Source: Bacteroidota bacterium (GTDB lineage: Bacteria; Bacteroidota; Bacteroidia; Bacteroidales; UBA7960). From it: a stretch of DNA of 64,000 nt. The notes under the pieces were generated by a model. It saw only the letters and a program-made list of their open reading frames with translations, was not told where the DNA came from and did no database searches. Of this stretch, positions 27,033 to 37,703 are shown piece by piece; within the stretch, counting starts at the first letter, position 1, and each line of letters begins with the position of its first letter. The stretch lies in assembly GCA_007693555.1 (NCBI GenBank), contig REDJ01000106.1:2496-66495 (forward strand). Direction: 5' to 3'. The translations under genes and the position numbers were made by a program.

Positions 27033-29294
27033 ATGAGTATAAAAAAGCCTGAAAACTTTAAAAAGTACCTGAAAGTTTTTTGGATAATTGTTTTTTTGCC
27101 AGTCATATTAGCAATATTGATTTTTGGAACTATTTCGCTGGGTTTATGGGGGTTTATGCCTTCTTTTGAAGAACTTGAAAATCCTAAAAGCAACCTTGCA
27201 AGTGAAATATATGCAGCTGATGGTCAGCTATTGGGTACATATTATATACACAATCGTTCAAATGTAGGTTACGAGGATCTTGCCCCAAATCTTGTACATG
27301 CATTGCTTGCAACCGAAGATATCAGGTTTCACAATCACTCGGGTGTGGATGTGAGGAGTATAATGCGCGTAATTTTTCGCAATATAATCGGAGGCCAACG
27401 CAGTGCTGGAGGAGGAAGTACATTAAGTCAGCAGCTGGCCAAAAACCTTTTTCCGAGGCAGGAAAGCCCAAGTAACGTGCAGCTTGTTATCATAAAGCTT
27501 AAAGAATGGGTAACAGCAGCACGTCTTGAACGCAATTATACCAAGGACGAAATCATTTCAATGTATCTGAATACGGTGGATTTCGGAAGTCATGCCTTTG
27601 GCATTAAGTCAGCAGCCAAAACATATTTCAATACTTCTCCGGATTCTCTCAGAGCTGAAGAATCTGCCGTATTGGTGGGTATTTTGCAGGCACCAAGCTG
27701 GTACCATCCGGTCAGAAACCCTGAACGGGCTCTGCAGAGAAGAAATGTGGTATTGGGACAAATGGCCCGTTATGGTTATATATCGCAGAATGAGTTTGAC
27801 TCACTAAGGACAATTCCTTTAGATATGTCTCAATTTCAAATCCAGGATCAGAACACCGGACTTGCAACATATTTCAGGGAAATTCTAAGACTGGAACTTG
27901 TCAAGTGGTCTAACACCCGAATGAAACCTGATGGTACTAATTATAATATTTACCGTGACGGATTGAAAATTTACACAACCATAGACAGCCGTATGCAAAG
28001 ACATGCCGAGGCAGCTGTTGCTGAGCATATGGGCGGATATCTGCAGGAAGAGTTTTTTAACCATTGGCGTGGATTTCCAAGTGCTCCCTTTGGTGAAGAT
28101 TTATCGAGAGATCAGATCAACACACTGATGAATAATGCCATGCGCCGCACTGACAGATTCAGGTATCTGAGAAGAATGGAAGTTTCTGAAGATTCAATAC
28201 GGATAAACTTTAATACGCCCGTTCCCATGAGGGTATTTACCTGGGATGGAGAGAAAGATACCATAATGAGTCCTATGGACTCCATCAGATATTACAAGCA
28301 TTTTCTCAATACCGGTTTAATGGCTGTTGAGCCTCACACCGGACATGTAAGGGCCTATGTGGGAGGCATAGATTTTAAACACTTCAAGTTTGATCATGTT
28401 ACACAAAGCCAAAGGCAGGTGGGGTCAACCTTCAAACCTTTTTTATATACCCTGGCCATGCAGGAAGGTGAATTCGGGCCTTGTTCACAGGTCCCTAATA
28501 CTCCGGTTTCAATAGAGTTGCACGATGGAACATTCTGGACACCAAAAAACTCCTCCAGCGCAAGAGAAGGTGAAATGGTTACAATGAAATGGGCATTGGC
28601 AAATTCAACCAACTTTATCTCTGCATTCCTTATCAATCGCTATAGCCCTCATGCTCTTGTTGACCTGGTGAAAAGACTGGGAGTTACAAGCCACCTTGAC
28701 CCTGTTCCTGCAATTGCTTTAGGCACCCCCGATATTTCTGTTTATGAAATGGTAGGAGCCATGGCCACCTATGCAAACAAGGGAGTACATATTCAACCCA
28801 GTTTTGTTACGCATATTGAGGACAACAACGGAAATCTTATTGAGTCATTTATACCCATTCAAAATGAAGCAATGAATGAGCGAACAGCATACCTTATGCT
28901 GGAATTGATGAAAGGCGTTGTGCAAAGCGGTACCGGCGTAAGACTTCGCCTCAGGTATGGCCTGAATAATCCCATTGCAGGTAAAACCGGAACTACCCAG
29001 AATAATTCCGACGGATGGTTTATCGGGCTTACCCCCGACCTGGTTACAGGTGTATGGGTTGGTGGAGAAGACAGGGGTATACGCTTCCGCACAATTACAC
29101 TGGGACAGGGGGCCAATATGGCTTTGCCTATCTGGGCAAAATTTATGAAAAGGCTTTATGAAGACGAATCCATAACTATTTCAGAAGAAGATTTTGAACC
29201 TCCTTTAACTCCTTTAAACATTGTAACAGACTGCGAAAAATATGAAATGGAGGAACCCGCTCCCAGGGATATTTTTGACCAAAGGATTTTCTGA
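27033..29294 (+). CDS. mrcA: penicillin-binding protein 1A (bifunctional glycosyltransferase/transpeptidase)
   Basis: GT51 motifs (ATEDIRFHNHSGVD, GGSTLSQQLAKN) and transpeptidase motifs (STFKP, SSN-like, KTGTT). Confidence 0.92.
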   Translation: MSIKKPENFKKYLKVFWIIVFLPVILAILIFGTISLGLWGFMPSFEELENPKSNLASEIYAADGQLLGTYYIHNRSNVGYEDLAPNLVHALLATEDIRFHNHSGVDVRSIMRVIFRNIIGGQRSAGGGSTLSQQLAKNLFPRQESPSNVQLVIIKLKEWVTAARLERNYTKDEIISMYLNTVDFGSHAFGIKSAAKTYFNTSPDSLRAEESAVLVGILQAPSWYHPVRNPERALQRRNVVLGQMARYGYISQNEFDSLRTIPLDMSQFQIQDQNTGLATYFREILRLELVKWSNTRMKPDGTNYNIYRDGLKIYTTIDSRMQRHAEAAVAEHMGGYLQEEFFNHWRGFPSAPFGEDLSRDQINTLMNNAMRRTDRFRYLRRMEVSEDSIRINFNTPVPMRVFTWDGEKDTIMSPMDSIRYYKHFLNTGLMAVEPHTGHVRAYVGGIDFKHFKFDHVTQSQRQVGSTFKPFLYTLAMQEGEFGPCSQVPNTPVSIELHDGTFWTPKNSSSAREGEMVTMKWALANSTNFISAFLINRYSPHALVDLVKRLGVTSHLDPVPAIALGTPDISVYEMVGAMATYANKGVHIQPSFVTHIEDNNGNLIESFIPIQNEAMNERTAYLMLELMKGVVQSGTGVRLRLRYGLNNPIAGKTGTTQNNSDGWFIGLTPDLVTGVWVGGEDRGIRFRTITLGQGANMALPIWAKFMKRLYEDESITISEEDFEPPLTPLNIVTDCEKYEMEEPAPRDIFDQRIF

Positions 29295-29321
29295 TATTTA
29301 TTTCAACATTTTTTGCCTAAG

Positions 29322-30422
29322 ATGAGTTTAAGAAAATTTCTTTGGATCAGCATCATAATTTTACCAGGTTTATTGGCAAAAGGAAATAAAACATTCCGTG
29401 AAAATTCCGATGACACATTTTTAATAATGGCATATTATGCCGGAAATGAAACCGACATCACAAGGTATGATCTGAGCAGACTTACTCACTTCATTTACAG
29501 TTTTTGCTTTTTAGATGGTAACAGAATGATAATTCCCGAAGAAAGGATTCCGGTAGTTAATAAACTTTCGTCTATCAAAAAAGACTATCCGGATTTAAAA
29601 ATAATACTTGCACTTGGTGGCTGGGGAGGTTGCGAAACATGCTCAGAGGTTTTTTCTACTTCTCATGGCAGATCAGAATTTGCTTTATCAGTTAAAGAAT
29701 TGCTGAAGAGATATCAGGTTGACGGGATAGACCTTGACTGGGAATACCCTGCGATACCAGGTTACCCAGGGCATCCATACAAAACAGAAGACCGCCGTAA
29801 TTTTAGCTTATTGATAAAGGAATTAAGAAATATACTGGGGAATGACTATGAAATAGGCTTTGCTGCCGGTGCATTTCCAAGGTTTTTTAAAGAGTCTGTT
29901 GAGTGGGAAAAAGTAATGCCGCATGTGGATTATGTGAACATTATGACCTATGATCTGGTGGCCGGAGGTACACTTACAGGACATCATACGCCGCTATTTT
30001 CAACCTATGAACAGACATTATCAGTGGATTTTGCAGTGAATTTTCTTGATTCTATAGGTGTTGAACGGTCTAAGATTGTAATAGGAGCAGCATTTTATGC
30101 CAGGGTATGGGAGAATGTTGAGCCGGTTAATAATGGGCTTTACCAATCAGGCAGCTTCCTCACTGCAATTACGTATAATAATTTAAGGGAGTGGTTAATA
30201 AAAAATGAAATGACTGAATTCTGGGATGAATCAGCAATGGCTCCTTATGCTTACTCTGCTGAAAAGGGATTATTTGCAACTTATGACAATAACCGTTCTG
30301 TTGGGTTAAAAACAAGGTATTCGATCCAAAACCAACTGGGAGGTATTATGTTCTGGCAGTTAGGTGGTGATAACCCTGTAAACGGACTTCTTAAATCCAT
30401 TTACAGGGAGATGGATAAATAA
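29322..30422 (+). CDS. glycoside hydrolase family 18 (chitinase-like) protein
   Basis: Catalytic motif DGIDLDWEYP, plus MTYD and a signal peptide. The ATG at 29322 is preferred over the TTG at 29313. Confidence 0.85.
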   Translation: MSLRKFLWISIIILPGLLAKGNKTFRENSDDTFLIMAYYAGNETDITRYDLSRLTHFIYSFCFLDGNRMIIPEERIPVVNKLSSIKKDYPDLKIILALGGWGGCETCSEVFSTSHGRSEFALSVKELLKRYQVDGIDLDWEYPAIPGYPGHPYKTEDRRNFSLLIKELRNILGNDYEIGFAAGAFPRFFKESVEWEKVMPHVDYVNIMTYDLVAGGTLTGHHTPLFSTYEQTLSVDFAVNFLDSIGVERSKIVIGAAFYARVWENVEPVNNGLYQSGSFLTAITYNNLREWLIKNEMTEFWDESAMAPYAYSAEKGLFATYDNNRSVGLKTRYSIQNQLGGIMFWQLGGDNPVNGLLKSIYREMDK

Positions 30423-30450
30423 TTAATAAAACAATAAGACCCCTTACTTT

Positions 30451-33279
30451 TTATTCCTCTCCGGCTCTTATTCTGTCAGCCCTTTGACGTGCTTCGTTAA
30501 CCAACCTGCTTGCTCTTGTATCAGCTTCACTTTCGAGATTATCAGCCCTTTGGTCGGCAGCCCTGATAAGTTCTTCGCCTGTTCTTCTGGCGGCAGCTTT
30601 GGCCAAAGCACCTGTTGCTTCATCTTCCAGTCTTTTGGCATTGGCCCTGGCTTCACTTCTGATGGCATCGGCTGCTGATTTTGCCTCTCTGCGAATGGTC
30701 TCAGCCTGTCTTTCTGCTTCGGCAATTACCTGCCGGGCACGCCTCTCCAATTCCTCACTGATCCTTTCAGCAGCATCATCAACCACATCATCTACCTTAT
30801 CTCTCATCTCATCAACTACATCCTGAACAGCATCCTGAATGGCATCCTGTACCTGCTGCATTACTCCTGCTCCTGTATCTGCAAGACTTACAGATATTCT
30901 GGGGTCTGTTACCGTACCTGTTATACCCACGCCAATATTAACGGTTTCCCCCGGTGTTATATTAAGTCCCCTTCCGGCAGCCTGGCTAACCAGATTATCC
31001 AGAGCCTGATTTGCTGTTCCGCCAAATTCAGCTCTTGGTATGGAAAGCCCCATCATGTATCTGATTGTTTGATCAAATGAATGGGTTCCACTAATTCGGG
31101 CACTGGAACGGCCAAAATTAACATCAAAAGGTTGCACTTCCACTCCGCCATCCTTAAACTCAAAGAAAATCAATACATCCCTTATGTCCCATTGCCTGAA
31201 CATATCAAGTCTGAGATTATCAGCCAACCCTATCAGAGCCGGACTATTTTCAACAGTTAACCTCGACGACTGAAATCTTCCGCTACCGGCAAGTGTATTC
31301 AATAATGGATCAAGATTTTGATCCAGCAGGGATTTCAGGCTGAAATTTGCCGAAAATCTGCCCGTTGCCCTTTCACCAATGGGTGCAATTATGCTGAAGG
31401 TATTAAAAGTATTGAAGGTTTTCTGAATATCAAAATTGGTGATGTTCAAACCAAAGTCAATTTCCGGGCGGGTAATATCGTGTGCGGCGTATGAACCGTT
31501 AAGCACAAGAAGCCCGTCAAGCATCTCCATACGGAGATTTTCCAAACTTGCAACCTGATCGGCTATTCGGATATTTCCTCTTGTATTGGTTATTTCAAGA
31601 TTACCAAAAAGAATTTCATCGAAACTGCCCGCAAGCAGAAAGTTTATGTTTGATGGTATTTCAATGGCACTAAGCACAAGGGGTTCCTCTTCAGGCACTT
31701 CCTCCGGTTGTTCAACCATAAATTCATTGAGGTTCAGATAAGCAGAACGCACATCAAAACGACCACTTAACATTTCATCATTAAGTGCAAATCCCAGAAT
31801 ATTATCTATCCTTCCTGATGCTGAAATATCACTTTCACCTATGTTCATTCTGAATGCCCTTAAATCAGCAAATTGCGGTGAAAACCTGAAGTCGGCTGTG
31901 GAAATCTGAACTCCCTGTGGAAAATCATTACTAACGTAATTCATATCACTAACCGCAAAACGACCCGTGAAAAGAAATTCATTATACCGCTGGTTTTCAA
32001 TACTTGAAAGTCTTCCACGGGCTGTCATATCACTTTCTATAATGCCGCTAATGGCATCACCTTCGTCAAGCGGGTAAAAATCTTTTACCTGTCCCAGGTC
32101 TATTCTGCCTTTTAGGTGTGCATCTATATTGGGGTCGGAAACCGGTGTACGCAGATTCAATCTGAAGTCTACAGGGTTTCCTGCCACATTCATACCAAAC
32201 CGGCTTACATCAACTACGGTAAGATCAGCATCATCCCCTGGATTGGTTATCCGGGTTCGAATATTTACGTCTGTAACGGCAGCCGGCAAATCCGGATATT
32301 GAAACATTCCATTATCCACCTCAATATTGAGCCCAAAACCAGGGATTCTGTTTTCATCATAAACCCCACTTACATATCCGTTAAATGCCATTGTTCCTGA
32401 GGTTTGCAACCCATCAAACTCCCTGGCATAAATGGCAGGAACAAGTGAAAGAAAAGATTTAAACTCTGTTTGGGGAGAAGAAAAAGTAAAGTCGAAACGC
32501 ATTGCATCTTCGGGCATAGCAAAGGTGCCTTCGAAAACTGCTGTTAAATCATTCAGCCGAAGACGGTTGTCGCGAAATGTAAACTCGAAGTTATTGAGAT
32601 CCGCATCAATATCTGCTGTTAGGTCAGCAAAAACTCCCCATAGAAATGGAATTCCATCATAACTTACATACAAAGACTCAATAGTAGTATTTCGAATGGC
32701 AAGGCTTGTAAAATCTGCTGTAAAATCACCGCTCAATGTATGGTTGAAATTCTCCAGGCGGGCATAAAACCCGAGCTCCCTGTCATCATAAACAATCCTG
32801 GAGTTGCGCACCTGAAAGCGCCTGAGTGCAATTCTGAAATCAAATTCTTCTACCTCATCAGTAACCTCGGGTATTTCTTCGGAAGGTATAGTAATGTCCC
32901 AGTTGGCTTTGCCATCTTCAAGAACCTTCAATAGCAGTTTTGCATTATCAACCCTGATGGTTTTAATTTCGTAACCGTCACTTCCGAAAAGGCTCATCAG
33001 ATTGACCGAAATAAAAAAACTCCCCACATCTGCAAGTGTATCTCCTTCAAATTCATCAATCCCCACAACGGTTAAATCATTCAACCTGAATGACACATTG
33101 GGAAAATTTCTTAGTAAGGAAATCCTGAAAGTGCCAAAATCAACCTTTGCATTTACGTTTTCATTGATGGTGTGTTTAACCTGTTCAACAATTTTGCCTT
33201 TAAATACGAAAGGCAATGCGATCATTAATACCAGCAAAACAACAATTGCGATACCGGTTATCTTAAAAAACTTTTTCAT
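30451..33279 (-). CDS. AsmA-family outer-membrane biogenesis protein with Ala/Arg/Glu-rich C-terminal tail
   Basis: An N-terminal signal anchor is followed by a long repetitive beta-rich body typical of AsmA/TamB-like proteins. The last ~136 aa are an amphipathic A/R/E/D-rich repeat. Confidence 0.7.
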   Translation of the reverse strand: MKKFFKITGIAIVVLLVLMIALPFVFKGKIVEQVKHTINENVNAKVDFGTFRISLLRNFPNVSFRLNDLTVVGIDEFEGDTLADVGSFFISVNLMSLFGSDGYEIKTIRVDNAKLLLKVLEDGKANWDITIPSEEIPEVTDEVEEFDFRIALRRFQVRNSRIVYDDRELGFYARLENFNHTLSGDFTADFTSLAIRNTTIESLYVSYDGIPFLWGVFADLTADIDADLNNFEFTFRDNRLRLNDLTAVFEGTFAMPEDAMRFDFTFSSPQTEFKSFLSLVPAIYAREFDGLQTSGTMAFNGYVSGVYDENRIPGFGLNIEVDNGMFQYPDLPAAVTDVNIRTRITNPGDDADLTVVDVSRFGMNVAGNPVDFRLNLRTPVSDPNIDAHLKGRIDLGQVKDFYPLDEGDAISGIIESDMTARGRLSSIENQRYNEFLFTGRFAVSDMNYVSNDFPQGVQISTADFRFSPQFADLRAFRMNIGESDISASGRIDNILGFALNDEMLSGRFDVRSAYLNLNEFMVEQPEEVPEEEPLVLSAIEIPSNINFLLAGSFDEILFGNLEITNTRGNIRIADQVASLENLRMEMLDGLLVLNGSYAAHDITRPEIDFGLNITNFDIQKTFNTFNTFSIIAPIGERATGRFSANFSLKSLLDQNLDPLLNTLAGSGRFQSSRLTVENSPALIGLADNLRLDMFRQWDIRDVLIFFEFKDGGVEVQPFDVNFGRSSARISGTHSFDQTIRYMMGLSIPRAEFGGTANQALDNLVSQAAGRGLNITPGETVNIGVGITGTVTDPRISVSLADTGAGVMQQVQDAIQDAVQDVVDEMRDKVDDVVDDAAERISEELERRARQVIAEAERQAETIRREAKSAADAIRSEARANAKRLEDEATGALAKAAARRTGEELIRAADQRADNLESEADTRASRLVNEARQRADRIRAGEE

Positions 33280-33473
33280 AAGTTATAATGTTTAAATTTT
33301 ACGTTATTATGCCGGGGCTTTTACAATTTTATTAAGAGTAAAATTATAACAATATTTATCTTATATCAAGTATGGAGAATAAAGATAACTAAATCCAATG
33401 TCAAGGGGGCTGGTTCAGCGTTGGCAAAATACCATAAAACATTTGATTAACAATACAGGTAGTTATTTTTTCG

Positions 33474-33481
33474 TATTTTTG
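33474..33481 (+). promoter_or_regulatory. candidate -7 box TATTTTTG for the GH13 gene
   Basis: TAnnTTTG match 60 nt upstream of the ATG at 33541. Confidence 0.35.
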
Positions 33482-33540
33482 AAGCCCGGAAAAAAGGAGC
33501 CGTTGCTCTTTGCATTTTATTCATTTAATTTTTTCAAAGC

Positions 33541-36399
33541 ATGAAGCTGACAAAAACATTTTTCATTCAATTTATTGCTCTATTGCTGATTACTTTCACA
33601 GCAAACAGCACATTATTCTCACAGGTGATCATCTCTGATCCCCTGCTTCCCACCGATGAAACCGAAATCATCATAACTATTGATGCCACAGGAACCGAAC
33701 TTGAAGGATATACCGGAGATGTTTACGCACATACCGGTGTAAACATTGAAGGTGTAGGCAACTGGCAATATGTTATCGGCAACTGGGGTAATAACCAGAC
33801 TCAGCCGCAATTGACACCAATTGGTACCGACTTATACGAGTTGGTAATTTCTCCCAACATCCGTGACTTTTACAATGTTCCTGATGGCGATACAATTACA
33901 GGTCTTGCCTTTGTTTTTAGATCATCTAACAGTTCACAACAAACCAGACCTGATATTTTTCTGAATGTTTATGAAGTAAGTCTGAATGTGGCTATCATTA
34001 ACCCTCCCAAAGGACAGCCCATTGTTGAGGAAGGTGATGTAATTGAAATTCTGGCTGCAGCCATTGAATCACAGGAGCTAAAACTTTTCATCAATGACGA
34101 AGAAGTTGCCAGCACAACCAACAGCCAAATCACTTATACCTTCGATACCGGTGAATACGATTTTGGCACCTGGTGGATAACTGCAACAGCTACCGATGGA
34201 ACTCAAACCGTTGAAGATGAAAGTTACCTTTTTATCAGACCTGATCCCCCTGTGGCAGAAATACCCGAAGATGTTTTACCAGGGATCAATTACATTGATG
34301 ATTCAACAGTTACATTGGTTCTTCATGACCCTCCTGCATTGAAAAATTATGTTTTTCTTATCGGAGATTTCAATGACTGGATGATTACCGAAGAAAACTA
34401 CATGAATGTTACTCCGGATGGCACACATTACTGGTTAACTCTTTCCGACCTTACCCCGGATACCGAATACGGTTTCCAGTATTTTATTGATAATGAAATC
34501 AGGATTGCAGATCCTTATACCCACAAAATTCTTGACCCTGAGAATGACCAATGGATATCAAATGATAATTATCCCGACCTGAAACCTTATCCGCATAATA
34601 AAACCACAGGGCTTGTTGGTATTATGCATCCCGGCAGAACCCCCTATGAATGGGATATCACTGATTTTACGCCACCTGCACCGGAAGATATGGTAATTTA
34701 TGAGTTGCTCATTCGTGATTTTGTGGAAACTTCTGCTATCAAAACTGTAATGGACTCTCTTGATTACCTTCAAAATCTAGGTGTAAATGTTATTGAGCTT
34801 ATGCCCATCAACCAGTTTGGAGGAAACATTTCATGGGGGTACAATCCGGTAACCTACTTTGCAACTGACAAAGCATACGGAACCCGTGAAGACTACAAAA
34901 GATTTATCGATGCAGCTCATGCGCGTGGTATGGCCGTTGTTCTTGACATTGTTTTAAACCATTCCGATGACCCATCACCCCTTGCACAAATGTATTGGGA
35001 TAGCAATTCAAACAGGCCTTCAGAAGAAAATCCATGGTATCTTGAAACCTGCCCAACTGAGCCATGGTGCTGGTTTCAAACCTTTGATCAGGACAGTGAA
35101 TATACTCATGAGTACTTTAAGCGTATAGTACAATACTGGTTAGAGGAGTTCAAAATAGACGGCTTCCGCTTCGATTTTACCAAAGGCTTTACCAACCAGC
35201 AAACCGGTGGCCAGGGATGGAACTACGATGCAGCACGAATTGCAAACCTGAAGCGCATTGCCGACCAGGTTTGGGAAGTAAACCCGAATGCATACGTAAT
35301 ACTTGAGCATTTCACCGAAAACGAAGAAGAAAAGGAACTCTCAGATTATGGCATGATGCTGTGGGGCAATATCACACATCAATACCAGGAAGCTGCCATG
35401 GGCTGGCTTAATGCCAGTAATTTTGAATCGGTTTCCTATAAGCAGAGAGGCTGGAACGATCCCCATCTTATTGGTTATATGGAAAGCCACGATGAAGAGC
35501 GTATAATGTTCAAAAATATCACCTGGGGTAATTCTGCAAACCCTGACCATGATATCAAGCATCTAACCACGGCCCTGAGGCGCAGTGAACTTGTAGCAGC
35601 ATTTTACTTCACAATACCGGGTCCGAAAATGATCTGGCAATTTGGTGAACTGGGATATGATTATTCAATTAACCATTGCGGAAATGACCCATCTGTAGAT
35701 CCAATCCAAGGCAATCTTGATGATGATTGCCGCACCGATCCAAAACCCCTTCGCTGGGATTATTATGATGACTGGCGAAGAAAGCGCCTGTTCGATATTT
35801 ATGCTGCACTTATTGAAATTAAAAAGGAGCATGACGTTTTTCGTACTGATGATTATTCACTTTCGCTCGATGGGGAAGGAAAGCGCATTCATCTGAATCA
35901 TCCCGACAATCATGTTACCGTTATTGGTAATTTTGATGTCAACCCCATTGATATAAATCCAAACTTTCAGCAGACCGGAACCTGGTACGAATTTTTTACC
36001 CGTCAAGCCATTGAGGTTACTGATGTAAACGCAACAATAAGCCTGCAACCCGGTGAATACAGGCTGTATTCAACTGTAGAATTCCCTGACCATGGTATCA
36101 ATGTAAGCAATGAGGATTTATTACTGCCTGAACAGGGCAACCTGGGTGTAAATGTATTCCCGAATCCTTCCGACAGAGGGTTTACATTTGAACTGAACGG
36201 AAATGAGAATTTCCATTTGCGAATCGTAAATACCCAGGGACAAACAGTATTTGAAAAATCAGATGCATTCAGCCCAACACAAAATCAGTTTTTCTGGGAT
36301 GCTGTTTACAGCAACGGAAGCAAAGCCGCCTCAGGGATTTATTTCTACTCGGTTTTCTCGAACAATCAAACTATCAATGGGAAAATCATGATTCGATAA
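33541..36399 (+). CDS. secreted GH13 alpha-amylase/pullulanase-family enzyme with T9SS C-terminal sorting domain
   Basis: GH13 regions: DIVLNHS, GFRFDFTKG, VILEHF and YMESHDEE. An E-set/CBM48-like segment lies upstream (IGDFNDW). The C-terminus (VFPNPSDRGFTFEL...GIYFYSV...GKIMI) is a type-A T9SS CTD. Confidence 0.9.
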   Translation: MKLTKTFFIQFIALLLITFTANSTLFSQVIISDPLLPTDETEIIITIDATGTELEGYTGDVYAHTGVNIEGVGNWQYVIGNWGNNQTQPQLTPIGTDLYELVISPNIRDFYNVPDGDTITGLAFVFRSSNSSQQTRPDIFLNVYEVSLNVAIINPPKGQPIVEEGDVIEILAAAIESQELKLFINDEEVASTTNSQITYTFDTGEYDFGTWWITATATDGTQTVEDESYLFIRPDPPVAEIPEDVLPGINYIDDSTVTLVLHDPPALKNYVFLIGDFNDWMITEENYMNVTPDGTHYWLTLSDLTPDTEYGFQYFIDNEIRIADPYTHKILDPENDQWISNDNYPDLKPYPHNKTTGLVGIMHPGRTPYEWDITDFTPPAPEDMVIYELLIRDFVETSAIKTVMDSLDYLQNLGVNVIELMPINQFGGNISWGYNPVTYFATDKAYGTREDYKRFIDAAHARGMAVVLDIVLNHSDDPSPLAQMYWDSNSNRPSEENPWYLETCPTEPWCWFQTFDQDSEYTHEYFKRIVQYWLEEFKIDGFRFDFTKGFTNQQTGGQGWNYDAARIANLKRIADQVWEVNPNAYVILEHFTENEEEKELSDYGMMLWGNITHQYQEAAMGWLNASNFESVSYKQRGWNDPHLIGYMESHDEERIMFKNITWGNSANPDHDIKHLTTALRRSELVAAFYFTIPGPKMIWQFGELGYDYSINHCGNDPSVDPIQGNLDDDCRTDPKPLRWDYYDDWRRKRLFDIYAALIEIKKEHDVFRTDDYSLSLDGEGKRIHLNHPDNHVTVIGNFDVNPIDINPNFQQTGTWYEFFTRQAIEVTDVNATISLQPGEYRLYSTVEFPDHGINVSNEDLLLPEQGNLGVNVFPNPSDRGFTFELNGNENFHLRIVNTQGQTVFEKSDAFSPTQNQFFWDAVYSNGSKAASGIYFYSVFSNNQTINGKIMIR

Positions 36400-36422
36400 G
36401 TATTTAATTTTTTGAGTATGAA

Positions 36423-36578
36423 AAGGAGTCTGTCTCAAAAGTCTGAATTGGAGTGATTTTTTGAAAATAAGGTTACCCCTTCCCTAAAGGGAGCCTGATT
36501 TTCAGAACTTTACCCTTTAGGAGTAAGGGGTTAAAAGTGATGAAAATCAAATAAGCGGACTTCTGAGACAGCCTCCTT
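36423..36578. repeat. ~156-nt nested inverted-repeat element (MITE-like or structured RNA)
   Basis: The outer arms are aaggagtctgtctcaaaagtc (36423-36443) and gacttctgagacagcctcctt (36558-36578), with 19 of 21 positions complementary. The inner arms are 36476-36491 and 36513-36530. Direct repeats gtgat...aaataag lie at 36453-36471 and 36537-36555. Confidence 0.6.
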
Positions 36579-36689
36579 CTATTTGACTTTATCAAGAATA
36601 GTATCTCCTGAAAAGATGAAAAAAATTAATTTTGTCCATGATTCAGTTAACAATTATCTTCACATAAAAAATTTAACCCCTGCTAACCC

Positions 36690-37703
36690 ATGAAAATAAC
36701 AAAAAAAACAGTTTTATACTTAGGCATTCTGGCAATAATCGGAGTCACCAGTTGTGTACCAGCCAGAAAATATGAGGACCTTCTTGAAAGAAGACAAAAC
36801 TGCGAAGACCAGAACAACCAACTCCGGATAGAAAATGAAGAACTTCTTACCGAAAGCACTGAACTTTTCAGACAGCGCGATAATCTGGAGGAAAGGGTTG
36901 AGCAACTGCGAAGAGATACAACCGAGATCGGCAGAATCAATCGTCGTCTTGAAACCAACTACGACAGGTTGCTTGAAACCTATGAAAACCTTCTTGATCA
37001 GAATCAAAAACTCATGGATGGCCAGGAGATTGAAGCCACTCGGATTCTAAGGCGACTTAAGGAAACGCAGGAAGACCTGCAGCGAAGAGAAGATGAACTT
37101 CGCCGGGCCACTGCCCAGATGGAAGAAAAAGAGCGGAATCTTAATAACCTGATACGCGAGTTGGGAACCAAGGAAGAAAGGGTTGAAGAACTTGAAAGCA
37201 TACTTGCACGCCAGGACTCAGTTGTAAGAGAACTTCGCAGAAAAGTTTCCACTGCACTCCTTGGTTTTGAAGGGCAGGGTCTTACCGTGGAGATTAAAAA
37301 TGGAAAAGTATATGTTTCTCTTGAAGAAAGTCTGTTATTTGCCACCGGCAGCACTCAGGTTGACTCACGGGGTGTAAGAGCTCTTCGTGAACTGGCAAAG
37401 GTTTTAGAAGCCAATCCGGAAATCAATGTCCTCATCGAAGGTCATACCGACGATGTACCTTTCAGACCAGGAAGTGCCATTAAAGACAACTGGGATCTCA
37501 GTGTACTAAGAGCAACTGCTATTGTGAGAATTCTCCTTCAGAATGCACAGCTTGATCCGCAAAGACTAACTGCAGCGGGTCGGGGAGAGTATATGCCAAT
37601 AGATCCGGCCAAAACTCCCGAAGCAAGAAAGAAAAACAGAAGAACAGAAATTATCCTTACCCCTCAACTGGATGATCTGTTTCAAATCATTGAAATTAAT
37701 TGA
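36690..37703 (+). CDS. OmpA/MotB-family lipoprotein with N-terminal coiled coil
   Basis: Lipobox GVTSC, ~190 aa of E/R/L-rich heptad-like sequence, then the OmpA_C peptidoglycan-binding domain (IEGHTDDVPF... NWDLSVLRA... NRRTEIIL). Confidence 0.85.
   Translation: MKITKKTVLYLGILAIIGVTSCVPARKYEDLLERRQNCEDQNNQLRIENEELLTESTELFRQRDNLEERVEQLRRDTTEIGRINRRLETNYDRLLETYENLLDQNQKLMDGQEIEATRILRRLKETQEDLQRREDELRRATAQMEEKERNLNNLIRELGTKEERVEELESILARQDSVVRELRRKVSTALLGFEGQGLTVEIKNGKVYVSLEESLLFATGSTQVDSRGVRALRELAKVLEANPEINVLIEGHTDDVPFRPGSAIKDNWDLSVLRATAIVRILLQNAQLDPQRLTAAGRGEYMPIDPAKTPEARKKNRRTEIILTPQLDDLFQIIEIN

Noticed and set aside
36683-37354. Ser/Leu/Arg-rich minus-strand ORFs opposite the OmpA coiled-coil region, and the Ala/Ser-rich plus-strand ORF at 30599..30826 opposite the AsmA tail.
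   Set aside because: These are complement-strand artefacts of E/R/A-rich repeat coding sequence, not genes.
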